From IMG/VR virus record IMGVR_UViG_3300045988_120652: a stretch of 64,000 nt of DNA, one strand, 5' to 3'. Made by a program: the position numbers and the translations under genes. This document shows, one piece after another, positions 1-7,621 of the stretch. Positions within the stretch are counted from its first letter, which is position 1. Every line of letters begins with the position of its first letter. This DNA comes from a virus. Below the pieces are notes generated by a model. The model was not told the origin of the DNA, searched no databases, and saw only the letters and a program-made list of their open reading frames with translations.

Positions 1-16
1 ATTTTTTTTGTTTCAG

Positions 17-53
17 GCTGCTGGCGGTCCGCGAGGATAGCGAGCAGCTTTTT
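17..53 (+). terminator. intrinsic terminator, conserved-apex hairpin family (copy 1)
   Basis: GCTGCT/AGCAGC outer stem, internal loop, UCC-GCGA-GGA apical helix (GNRA loop), then T5. Same build at 11034, 22241, 22300 and 50486. Confidence 0.6.
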
Positions 54-140
54 GAATTTTGAATTAGGAATGTTGAGTTTTGAATTGTGCGCCGTGGGCG
101 CATTTTGAATTACTCAATTTTGAATTATTCACTGGAAATG
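54..140. repeat. TTTTGA(A/G)-unit array around a 5-bp GC hairpin (dispersed intergenic repeat family, copy A)
   Basis: tttgaattttgaatt..gagttttgaattg, GCGCC-gtg-GGCGC (89-101), attttgaatt..caattttgaatt. Related copies at 4941, 10421, 19577, 21613, 26505 and 31968. Confidence 0.7.
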
Positions 141-213
141 CAAAAGAAATAATAAAATGCGCATTAATATATAATTTATGCGTCATTTATTCGGTAGTTT
201 CAAATATTAATGC

Positions 214-221
214 TACCTTTG
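214..221 (+). promoter_or_regulatory. Bacteroidota-type -7 promoter box TACCTTTG
   Basis: Matches TAnnTTTG, 40 nt upstream of the ATG at 261. Confidence 0.45.
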
Positions 222-260
222 CATCAGATAAAAGAACAACTAATTTAAACTTAAAACGAT

Positions 261-692
261 ATGCGTAAATCAATCGACACTTACATTAAGGCGATAGCTC
301 ACGACAACGAGCAGGAAATCCGCGAGAACTATATGACAATAGCCGACTACATCATCAATGATGCAGAGAACTGCACCGGCTATTATGAGTATTTCGACGA
401 CGAGGAGCTTGACGAAACAGGCGAACCTTCTGAGGCTCAAATCGAGGAGTTGAAGGCTTACCTCCGCGAGAACTATACAACGCCTATAGAGCACCGTATC
501 GAGGACATCATGCTCACCAAGCACAGTAATGGCAGCGACAACCTCCAGTATAAAGCCGACGGTAAGACGTCTGAGGTTGATGGCGAGTTTTATGTTGATA
601 AGGAAGACCGCTTGCACCATACGCACATCTTTGAGAACGGCGACGAGTTGGAGATTGTAATACCCTACAAGAACGGCGAGCATACGCTATAA
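261..692 (+). CDS. hypothetical acidic protein (143 aa)
   Basis: ATG ORF with no competing frame. Strongly acidic stretches (DDEELDETGEPSEAQIEEL). No recognisable catalytic motif. Confidence 0.6.
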   Translation: MRKSIDTYIKAIAHDNEQEIRENYMTIADYIINDAENCTGYYEYFDDEELDETGEPSEAQIEELKAYLRENYTTPIEHRIEDIMLTKHSNGSDNLQYKADGKTSEVDGEFYVDKEDRLHHTHIFENGDELEIVIPYKNGEHTL

Positions 693-716
693 CAAGTGAT
701 ATTAATCACAAACTAT

Positions 717-747
717 CTATAGCCCTACCGCAACACGGTAAGCGGAA
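717..747 (+). promoter_or_regulatory. conserved ~30-nt pre-start element, copy 1
   Basis: ctatAGCCCTACCGCAaCACGGTAAGCGGAA, ending 6 nt before the ATG at 753. Copies at 1053, 1633 and 2013. Confidence 0.55.
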
Positions 748-752
748 AGAAG

Positions 753-1046
753 ATGAACGACAAGAAAGTATATATTGTTCGTTGCAACAATATTATCGCA
801 AATGTTTTCGATTCTAAGGAAAAGGCATTTAATAGCCTTCCTCAGAAAGATGATTTCACGGAAGTCACTCAGACTATACGTACTTACGATGGCGAAGAGA
901 CAATTATCCCTACAGTGGATAATTTCTATCTGAATACACCTATCTATGTTCATGTAGCAGAGCATACAGAGGATATGATGGGATTATCTATATATTGTCC
1001 GAAAGAGACTTTTGTTTACGAGATAAAGCAGTTCGATGTAAAATAA
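753..1046 (+). CDS. hypothetical protein (97 aa)
   Basis: ATG ORF directly behind conserved element copy 1. Confidence 0.55.
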   Translation: MNDKKVYIVRCNNIIANVFDSKEKAFNSLPQKDDFTEVTQTIRTYDGEETIIPTVDNFYLNTPIYVHVAEHTEDMMGLSIYCPKETFVYEIKQFDVK

Positions 1047-1052
1047 CAACTA

Positions 1053-1081
1053 TTCAGCCCTCGACAGTACGGTTAAGTCAA
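1053..1081 (+). promoter_or_regulatory. conserved pre-start element, copy 2 (degenerate)
   Basis: TTCAGCCCTcgaCAgtACGGTtAAGtcaa, ending 6 nt before the ATG at 1087. Confidence 0.4.
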
Positions 1082-1086
1082 TAGAT

Positions 1087-1626
1087 ATGATGAAGGTTAA
1101 TAATTACGATTTTTGCAGCGATAGTTTTTATTCAAGTCAGGCCGGCTTCTTGGAAGATGTTGGCGACAGTGGTGAGTACGCAAGTGAGGCCGCGGAAATC
1201 CTCGGCCTGGAGTATGACGAAAGCGAGCCGGAGGCTTGGGCAGACATCATGTTCAGCAGGTCAACGGGCAAGCAGTATGCGGTGTGCGGAACTGCAATGG
1301 CAACAGCGTCCGAAGCTAACTTCTATTATAAGGAGCTGGAGGAATCTCAGTACATAGAATGCAACGCGAAATACCTTGACGAGTTCGGACCTAAGACGGA
1401 TGAAAACCTCGAATATCTGGAAGATGATGACGTTGTTTTTGAAGAGGACAAAATCACCTACAACGGTAAAGAGCCTGTCATCTTTGATGATGGCGACAAT
1501 GTGACACATTGCGAAGATCTTTTTGAACGCTTCTATACGGCAAGCGGAGACGTGAATATTGCTGCTTACCTTATAGGATGCCGACATAAATACCGCTTGC
1601 AGGACACAGTGTATTATTGGAGATAA
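1087..1626 (+). CDS. hypothetical acidic protein (179 aa)
   Basis: ATG ORF. Rich in D/E (LEYDESEPEAW, YLEDDDVVFEED). Confidence 0.6.
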   Translation: MMKVNNYDFCSDSFYSSQAGFLEDVGDSGEYASEAAEILGLEYDESEPEAWADIMFSRSTGKQYAVCGTAMATASEANFYYKELEESQYIECNAKYLDEFGPKTDENLEYLEDDDVVFEEDKITYNGKEPVIFDDGDNVTHCEDLFERFYTASGDVNIAAYLIGCRHKYRLQDTVYYWR

Positions 1627-1632
1627 AGAACA

Positions 1633-1664
1633 TTTCAGTCCTACCGCATCACGGTTAAGCGGAA
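1633..1664 (+). promoter_or_regulatory. conserved pre-start element, copy 3
   Basis: TTTCAGtCCTACCGCATCACGGTtAAGCGGAA, ending 5 nt before the ATG at 1669. Confidence 0.55.
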
Positions 1665-1668
1665 TGAT

Positions 1669-1971
1669 ATGGAGAACATTTTAGAGAAAACAGTAAAAGA
1701 GAATGGCAATATAGAGTTAAACGAATTAAGTTGGAAGCAGCTCGTTGCTCTTATGAACATCTGGAACACTGACTACGCACAGAAGGAGAACATTTCGTTC
1801 TCAGAAATGGTGAAGCGGTGTTACAAGTCGCGTCCTTGGCATGAGAACGCGAATATCATCTATCTGCATAAAGGCAATACGAAAACAACCATCGTTCCTC
1901 ATGCTTGTTATAACCTCGATGAAGCAGAGGAGGAAATCATGCTTGGTTTATTAAAAAAGCAATTAAAGTAA
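1669..1971 (+). CDS. hypothetical protein (100 aa)
   Basis: ATG ORF behind element copy 3. Confidence 0.55.
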   Translation: MENILEKTVKENGNIELNELSWKQLVALMNIWNTDYAQKENISFSEMVKRCYKSRPWHENANIIYLHKGNTKTTIVPHACYNLDEAEEEIMLGLLKKQLK

Positions 1972-2012
1972 AGAGTAATATCTTTGTTATAGCAAAGAAT
2001 ATTAATCACAAG

Positions 2013-2043
2013 TTTCAGCCCTACCGCATCACGGCAAGCGGAA
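2013..2043 (+). promoter_or_regulatory. conserved pre-start element, copy 4
   Basis: TTTCAGCCCTACCGCATCACGGcAAGCGGAA, ending 5 nt before the ATG at 2048. It is preceded by ATATTAATCACAA, as copy 1 is. Confidence 0.55.
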
Positions 2044-2047
2044 CGAT

Positions 2048-2635
2048 ATGTTTATTAGAGTAGAAGGTCTCCATTGCGCTAAGCTGTTGAAAGAAGTAAA
2101 TTTGCCGACTGACAACACACAATATAAGAAGTTAGGTGAAGGCTTCTTGGATGAAGAAGTAGTAGACGACAGTGTGTTTGATTGGTTTGAGCAGTATATA
2201 TATATAGCTTCGAATCGTTCTGAGGTCTTGGCCGATTGGTATAGAAAACACATAGAAACTGCTTGGTTTGACTTGCGTGAAGACGAGAACGGGCGTATTT
2301 ATGCAGCTGCCGGTGACACCGAGGGTTTGAAGTTTTTAGATACTATTTACTTTTTCACGATTGACTATGACGGCCACGAGATAAACGTCGAAGCAACAGG
2401 AGATTTGGAAGACAAATATAGATTTACTTTCTGGATTGATCCGGAGGGCGGAATCCTTCGTTCTTGTGAAGACGAACGAGATGATGGTTGTTATGAAGGT
2501 TTAGATTGTGACTGTGCCATTTACCTTAAGACAGACTATAGTTTCGAGACCGCTCTAAAGGATTTGGTTGCGAACAGTGACAAGTATCAGAATTCTAAAG
2601 ACGAGGAGGAAGAAGACGAGGAGAACGAAGAGTAA
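2048..2635 (+). CDS. hypothetical acidic protein (195 aa)
   Basis: ATG ORF with a C-terminal poly-acidic tail (KDEEEEDEENEE). Confidence 0.6.
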   Translation: MFIRVEGLHCAKLLKEVNLPTDNTQYKKLGEGFLDEEVVDDSVFDWFEQYIYIASNRSEVLADWYRKHIETAWFDLREDENGRIYAAAGDTEGLKFLDTIYFFTIDYDGHEINVEATGDLEDKYRFTFWIDPEGGILRSCEDERDDGCYEGLDCDCAIYLKTDYSFETALKDLVANSDKYQNSKDEEEEDEENEE

Positions 2636-2642
2636 GGAAAGC

Positions 2643-2813
2643 AAAAAGCCCGACCTAAGCCGGGCTACGCGAGCCATCTGGCTCGAATCTACCATAGTAG
2701 AAATTAGCTCTTTTGTGAGCGTTTGAATCCACAATTCCGAAGAATTGACTGTCAACGGAAGTTGTTGCTTTATTTCTATTCCATGAAGGTACGATTGAAA
2801 AGCCTCCGAAGAC
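2643..2813 (-). ncRNA. candidate ~170-nt small RNA on the minus strand
   Basis: Minus-strand TATATTTG box (plus coordinates 2819-2826). Hairpins include CAATTC-UUCG-GAATTG and CGAGCC-AGAU-GGCUCG. The terminator AGCCCG-GCUUAGGU-CGGGCU has a U-tract only on the minus strand (2643-2666). No credible ORF starts downstream of the box. Confidence 0.4.
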
Positions 2814-2885
2814 AGGTGCAAATATAAGAATTAAAACGGTACGGACAAAGAAATTGGCTGTATTATTAACAAAGATTTAGAATGT

Positions 2886-3089
2886 ATGAAAAAATCACCA
2901 TTAAAGGAACAGATAAAAGAAGCTGCTACGAAAGTTTGTCAGGCGTTGAACGCTCTGCAAGATATTGAGAGACAGTTTGACGATAATCTGGTAGACAAGA
3001 ACGGTAAGGACTTGGAAGCCGAATACTACGCCCTGCGCAATGCTATTGCATCGGTGAAGTCGGCATATGAGGACATCAAGGACGTTTAA
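2886..3089 (+). CDS. small hypothetical protein (67 aa)
   Basis: ATG ORF with helical, charged composition. Confidence 0.45.
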   Translation: MKKSPLKEQIKEAATKVCQALNALQDIERQFDDNLVDKNGKDLEAEYYALRNAIASVKSAYEDIKDV

Positions 3090-3104
3090 TCAACATTATA
3101 GACT

Positions 3105-3380
3105 ATGGCAGAAAAAAGTAAAACGACGAGGACAGCAGGCAGACCTGCCATCGGCGGCACTAGACGACAATATGTAGTGACTGACGATGTGCACGAGTGG
3201 ATAATGGCACACGGTGGCGGTAAGTACCTGACGGAAACTATCCGGACGATCCGCGACATGGAGGAGAACAAACGGCAGTTGCTCATTGCTGACGATGTGC
3301 GAGAGTGGATTATGGCGCATGGTGGTGGCAGCTATGTCAATGAGACTATGAGAACTATTATGGCGGTAGCACCGGAATAG
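3105..3380 (+). CDS. tandem ribbon-helix-helix-like DNA-binding protein (91 aa)
   Basis: Internal duplication: VTDDVHEWIMAHGGGKYLTETIRTI and IADDVREWIMAHGGGSYVNETMRTI. Each copy follows a basic stretch, giving an RHH-like beta-alpha-alpha pattern. Confidence 0.55.
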   Translation: MAEKSKTTRTAGRPAIGGTRRQYVVTDDVHEWIMAHGGGKYLTETIRTIRDMEENKRQLLIADDVREWIMAHGGGSYVNETMRTIMAVAPE

Positions 3381-3427
3381 AAATAAACAACAATTATAGG
3401 AATAATATTTTAAATACTTCATGGAAT

Positions 3428-4939
3428 ATGAAAAGAATTGAGAATTTCGACGATTATCGTGCGTTGGTTGACGTGGTAAAGATGCACGACTATAGATACT
3501 TCGGGCTGAACTGTCCGATCATCAGCGACGAGGAATATGATGCTATGTACTTTGCTGTGCAGGAGTACGAAGAGCAGCACGCGGACGAGATATTGCCCGA
3601 CTCACCTACTCAGCAGTGCTACAGTGAGAATGGCAACGGCAAGCGTACCGTGGCACGTCGTACGGCTTGTCTGTCGATGAAGAAGCTGCATGATGCCAAA
3701 TCGGTGGTGAAATACCTGAGAGCACAACAGAAAGCTGCCAACATCAACGGCAAGGGCACGGAGGTGGATGTAGAGTGGAAATTCGATGGCGAGACGGTGA
3801 GCCTTATTTATCGTCGCGGGAGACTCTCGGAGGCCACTTACGGACATGGCAAAGAGCTGTTCGGTATCGACTGCCTGGATCATATGAAGTATGTGAATGG
3901 CGTTGAGGGATATGTGGAGCAATGGAAGGATGAGGACCGTGTGGAGCTGAGAGGCGAGGTGATTATCTCGCTTGAAGAGTTCGCTCGTTATAGCAAGGCA
4001 GGTAAGTCGCCAAGATCTACAAGCAATGGCATTATGTCGAAGAAAGAGGCTGTGCCGTCGGAGTGCATCCATCTGGAGTTTCATCCCTTCCGCATAATAG
4101 CCGACGGGGTAACATTGCATTATTATGCTATGGACGAGTTGGCTTATAGAGGTTTTCTCACTTGCGTTTTCGTGGAGCAGATAGACATGGGCAAGAGCGA
4201 CGACGAGTTGACGCAGGACGTGGAGCGCATAGTATGCACGGCCGAGGTGGAGCGCGAGAAGCTGCCCTACCCTACCGACGGACTCGTTTTCAAGTTTGAC
4301 AATTACGACTATTACGACCGCATCGGACAGACCGACCATGACGCAAAGTACAACTGTGCGTTTAAATTTCGCCCCGTATTCAAGGCTGTTACCACATATC
4401 GCGGACATCATACCACGATAGGCGAGAAGACTGGCAAGGTGACGTATGTCGCCGACTTTGACGAGGTGGAAATGAACGGACACCGTTTTGCACATGCCAA
4501 CTGCGGCAGCGAGAAGACCTTCAACCAGAAGGGCCTTGTGGCAGGTTGCAAGATAGAGGTTAGCTTGCACGGAGATGTTATCGTGTGCGTGGATGGCAAG
4601 GTGGAGGATGAGCCTGAGATTAATCAGAGTCAGGAGCCGGAAGTAGAGCCTTGCGTTATAGAGCCTGAGATTAATCAGAGCCAGGAGCTGGAAGCAGAGC
4701 CGGAACCTATACCCCAGCCGAAGCCGAAACGCAAGCGTAACTATCCGCAGGTAGGCGAGCCGACACTACGAGAGGAACGCGAGGACACGTCGGAAAGTGA
4801 AGACAAGGGCATGAGCGTGAAGACAGTGTTGGCGGGTGTACTGGCGGTGCTGCTGGCAGTGTCAACGGGAGTCGTGATGTTGGCGTTTGCGGGCGCTGCG
4901 GTGTTCTTAATGCCGATGATTGGCGGAAAGCGAGAGTGA
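3428..4939 (+). CDS. NAD-dependent DNA ligase (LigA)-like protein: adenylation and OB domains only, with C-terminal repeat linker and TM helix
   Basis: PIISDEEYDAMY..LPDSPTQ (domain Ia/NTase start). VEWKFDGETVSLIY (KxDG adenylation lysine). VELRGEV, TDGLVFKFD, CAFKF and an OB segment follow. No Zn-finger, HhH or BRCT domains. The tail is EPEINQSQEPE x2 followed by the hydrophobic stretch VKTVLAGVLAVLLAVSTGVVMLAFAGAAVFLMPMIGG. Confidence 0.75.
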   Translation: MKRIENFDDYRALVDVVKMHDYRYFGLNCPIISDEEYDAMYFAVQEYEEQHADEILPDSPTQQCYSENGNGKRTVARRTACLSMKKLHDAKSVVKYLRAQQKAANINGKGTEVDVEWKFDGETVSLIYRRGRLSEATYGHGKELFGIDCLDHMKYVNGVEGYVEQWKDEDRVELRGEVIISLEEFARYSKAGKSPRSTSNGIMSKKEAVPSECIHLEFHPFRIIADGVTLHYYAMDELAYRGFLTCVFVEQIDMGKSDDELTQDVERIVCTAEVEREKLPYPTDGLVFKFDNYDYYDRIGQTDHDAKYNCAFKFRPVFKAVTTYRGHHTTIGEKTGKVTYVADFDEVEMNGHRFAHANCGSEKTFNQKGLVAGCKIEVSLHGDVIVCVDGKVEDEPEINQSQEPEVEPCVIEPEINQSQELEAEPEPIPQPKPKRKRNYPQVGEPTLREEREDTSESEDKGMSVKTVLAGVLAVLLAVSTGVVMLAFAGAAVFLMPMIGGKRE

Positions 4940-4940
4940 G

Positions 4941-5017
4941 TGTTGAATTTTGAATGTTGAATGTTGAATGTTGAATTGTCGGCTTTGCCGATTTTGAATT
5001 ATTCAATTTTGAATTTT
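4941..5017. repeat. TTTTGA-unit array plus hairpin (copy B), probable terminator of the ligase gene
   Basis: gttgaattttgaatgttgaatgttgaatgttgaattg, TCGGC-ttt-GCCGA (4979-4991), ttttgaattattcaattttgaatttt. Confidence 0.7.
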
Positions 5018-5034
5018 ATTTTGACTACTTAATT

Positions 5035-5172
5035 ATGACAGTAGAAGAGTATTTTAATCACTTGAAAGTTATTACTGAAAACGCCGGAGCAGACAAGACA
5101 GGCGTAAAGATTGAGACGGAGGACGGATATTGCATCAGCATATCTGTAACTAAGAAACTAAATAAAAAATAG
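5035..5172 (+). CDS. small hypothetical ORF (45 aa)
   Basis: ATG..TAG ORF read by hand (MTVEEYFNHLKVITENAG...). It fills the gap before 5180 and is below the ORF-track size cutoff. Confidence 0.3.
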   Translation: MTVEEYFNHLKVITENAGADKTGVKIETEDGYCISISVTKKLNKK

Positions 5173-5179
5173 GGCATTT

Positions 5180-5425
5180 ATGAAAAACCAGAAATTCGAG
5201 ATTCGTATTGCCGTAGGTGGCGATGACGAGAAATTAGGAGTGAACGTGGAAGTATGGAAAGACGGAAAATTCTCTGACTTCAGATTGCTTGATGGCGACA
5301 ACCTGCGACTCGCATACGAGGCTTCTAAGTATGCGACGGGGATCATTGCACGACTCTACCTTGAGCACCTGCACGAGGAGGGGCAACTTGATGACGAGCA
5401 ATACAAGAAGCTCCATACGAAATAA
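5180..5425 (+). CDS. hypothetical protein (81 aa)
   Basis: ATG ORF, no motif recognised. Confidence 0.5.
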   Translation: MKNQKFEIRIAVGGDDEKLGVNVEVWKDGKFSDFRLLDGDNLRLAYEASKYATGIIARLYLEHLHEEGQLDDEQYKKLHTK

Positions 5426-5469
5426 TATATCGCACAGTTTTTATTAACAATTTAAAACTTTATAGAATT

Positions 5470-5697
5470 ATGGCAGAAACAGAGAAATTTACAAAGAGTC
5501 AGATTGCAACATTGAAGCACATCCAGAAGAAAGGTTTTGCGGGTTATCGACGTGTAGACGGAAAGCCAGCGTGTCCGGAACTGGAGGAACTCGTGGAAGC
5601 AGGGTATCTTGAGAAGTGGTTTCAGAGCATGTTCGGTGAGGACGTGTACAAGCTGACGGAGAAGGGCGAAAACCTGGTAAGGTCGCTTGTAGGATAA
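5470..5697 (+). CDS. small hypothetical protein, possibly winged-helix-like (75 aa)
   Basis: ATG ORF. The ELVEAGYLEK..YKLTEKG pattern resembles a wHTH recognition helix plus wing. This is weak evidence. Confidence 0.4.
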   Translation: MAETEKFTKSQIATLKHIQKKGFAGYRRVDGKPACPELEELVEAGYLEKWFQSMFGEDVYKLTEKGENLVRSLVG

Positions 5698-5799
5698 AAT
5701 CCGGTAAAACGGTTGAATCCGATGTTAAAGAAATATCGGGTTCATCCGTTTCTTCTGATGACTGGCGTGTGGACATAACTGTAAATGACGAATGGGAAT

Positions 5800-6190
5800 A
5801 GGTTTATACTTTCGTACTAAGATATTTTCTTATTTAAGTACTTTTATACTTCCGTATTTTCATATATACCTATGTACGTTTATACGTAAGTACTAACGTA
5901 TTTATCTACTTATTTATATATTTACTTATTTATGTTTTTATTTATCTACATAGATAGGTAAGTAAGTAGATAGATACATTGATAATTATTTACGTAGATA
6001 GATAAATATTTAGGCTGAAAAGTTTGGATATATGAATTATAATTCTTAAATTTGCAACGTGATACAAAGATACTCACGTATTTACGTATTCATATACGTT
6101 CGTACTTTTATACGTTCGTAGGTTCGTGGATATTTAGATATGTTCGTACTTATGTATTTAGATAGATATTATTAACATTTAAATACTTAA
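5800..6190. promoter_or_regulatory. AT-rich repeat field upstream of parA: candidate centromere/operator
   Basis: Recurring TATACGT(T/A)(C/A)GTA(C/G) (5878, 6094, 6110, 6137) and (G/T)TAGATAGATA (about 5966, 5994, 6158) flank the parA promoter. No ORF is present. Confidence 0.45.
6023..6054 (+). promoter_or_regulatory. parA promoter (-33 TTTG, -7 TAAATTTG)
   Basis: TTTG at 6023-6026 and TAAATTTG at 6047-6054, 21 nt apart. The 25-nt block 6035-6059 recurs at 44936-44960. Confidence 0.55.
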
Positions 6191-6195
6191 AGAAT

Positions 6196-7038
6196 ATGGA
6201 AAGACTCAGAGAAGTTCTCGCCATTGTGAATGACAAAGGCGGAGTAGGTAAGAGCACAACAGCTCACAACTTGGCTTGCGGATTGATCAAGCTGAACCCA
6301 GAAACAAGAGTATTGATTGTAGACCTCGACGCTCAGGTGGCCAACGTGTCGTTGCTGTGCGGTTGGCGTGATCGTCAGGACAAGCACGGCACAATGTACG
6401 AAGCCTTGGTAGACAAGACTGCGATGCCTGTGTACCAGGTGAGCATTGACAAGCAGGACTATCACGGCAACCTGTTTATCGCTCCCTCATCTGAAGACAT
6501 GCTAAACGTGGAGCCATTTCTGCTGCGCGAGTTAAACCCATTGAAAGTGCTGTGTAAGTTGTTCGCATTGCCCGTAATGCTTCCAGAAGACAAGGGTGGC
6601 AAGCAGAGTGTGATAGAAGCCTTCGACTATATCATCATCGACTGCCCTCCAGCCATGAACCTTGTCACGAAGAACGCCATGTCGGTGGCGACAGGCATCA
6701 TCATTCCCATGCAGCTTGAGGCACTGCCAACATTTGGCTCGTCGAGCGTGATACACTGGGCAAAGGAAGTGAGAAACGAGATAAACCCCCACCTTGAGCT
6801 TCGCGGACTACTGAAGGTGATGGTTGACAAGCGCACAAAGGCAAGCGTGGGTTTCTCGAAACATATTGACGAGGAATACGGCAGTTATGTGTTCAAGACA
6901 GAGATACCGCGTCGCACAAAGATCGTGGAAGCCCAGGCGATGATGCAGGACATCTTCACTTATGCTCCTGACTGTGACGCAGCCCAGAGCTATGAGGCGT
7001 TTGCAAAAGAGATAGTTGACACATTCAAGAATCAATAA
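6196..7038 (+). CDS. parA: ParA/Soj-family partition ATPase
   Basis: Deviant Walker A VNDKGGVGKSTT. Also LIVDLD and IIIDCPP (Walker B-like). The length (280 aa) is typical. Confidence 0.9.
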   Translation: MERLREVLAIVNDKGGVGKSTTAHNLACGLIKLNPETRVLIVDLDAQVANVSLLCGWRDRQDKHGTMYEALVDKTAMPVYQVSIDKQDYHGNLFIAPSSEDMLNVEPFLLRELNPLKVLCKLFALPVMLPEDKGGKQSVIEAFDYIIIDCPPAMNLVTKNAMSVATGIIIPMQLEALPTFGSSSVIHWAKEVRNEINPHLELRGLLKVMVDKRTKASVGFSKHIDEEYGSYVFKTEIPRRTKIVEAQAMMQDIFTYAPDCDAAQSYEAFAKEIVDTFKNQ

Positions 7039-7050
7039 AAAGAGATAACA

Positions 7051-7473
7051 ATGGGATTTAATTGGAACGATTCGCCAGTGAAAAAAGTGGCAGAAGATAT
7101 AAGGGACAACGGCGAAGCCCCCCTTTTGACACAGAGCACACAGCAAGAGGAATCTTCTGCTGTTGTGCCCGAGTCTGAAAAAGAAACAACAACTGAACCT
7201 ACGAATGAGGCGGCAGTTGACAATAAAGAGAATGAAGCATCAGAGAATAAAGCTAAAAACACCTCGACACAAGCAGCCAAAGGGCGTAATCATAGAAGAA
7301 CTCTGACAGACACCTCATTTGCTGCAAAGGGGAAAAAGACTGAGAACGGCATCGTTGTAAACGTGCCTATGGAGGATTATATGCAGTTGACAATGATGAA
7401 ATTTCAGACTGGGCGCACGTTGAAGGACCTCGCTTTACAAGCAATACATGAGTTTATAGAGCGAAACAAGTAA
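7051..7473 (+). CDS. ParG-like centromere-binding protein (disordered N-terminus, C-terminal RHH)
   Basis: Sits immediately downstream of parA. The C-terminus VVNVPMEDYMQLTMMKFQTGRTLKDLALQAIHEFIERNK fits an RHH pattern, as in type Ib partition systems. Confidence 0.55.
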   Translation: MGFNWNDSPVKKVAEDIRDNGEAPLLTQSTQQEESSAVVPESEKETTTEPTNEAAVDNKENEASENKAKNTSTQAAKGRNHRRTLTDTSFAAKGKKTENGIVVNVPMEDYMQLTMMKFQTGRTLKDLALQAIHEFIERNK

Positions 7474-7536
7474 GGTAAAATCCTACTAAATCTTTTTACC
7501 AAGTCACTACAAAAGTGTGCTGTTTTGGGTTTATAA

Positions 7537-7621
7537 AACCTACGGATTTGTTTACCAAAACCTACGGATTTGTTTACTTAAACCTACGGATTTGTTTACT
7601 AACTCCTACGTTTTTGTTTAC
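7537..7621 (+). repeat. iterons, direct set (4 x 19 nt at 22-bp spacing)
   Basis: AACCTACGGATTTGTTTAC at 7537, 7559 and 7581. Degenerate ACTCCTACGTTTTTGTTTAC at 7602. Confidence 0.85.

Noticed and set aside
54-140. Could the TTTTGA-unit arrays be CRISPR arrays?
   Set aside because: The units are 8 nt and directly abutting, with no spacers of unique sequence. The arrays are 50-200 bp, and no cas genes are present.
3602-4570. Long antisense ORFs: 3602..4570 (322 aa), 13565..14401, 46818..47699, 52362..52919, 10404..10868 and 45716..46207
   Set aside because: Each lies fully inside, and opposite to, a gene with clear family motifs (ligase, primase-helicase, ThyX, capsid and others). Their products are low-complexity or hydrophobic shadows with no motifs. 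I treated them as non-coding.
5699-5755. Short AATCCG / GAAACGGAT motifs shared between 5699-5755 and 59556-59632
   Set aside because: The motifs are only 6-15 nt (the longest shared string is AATCCGATGTTAA), in different arrangements and contexts. That is too little to separate from chance without a genome-wide count.
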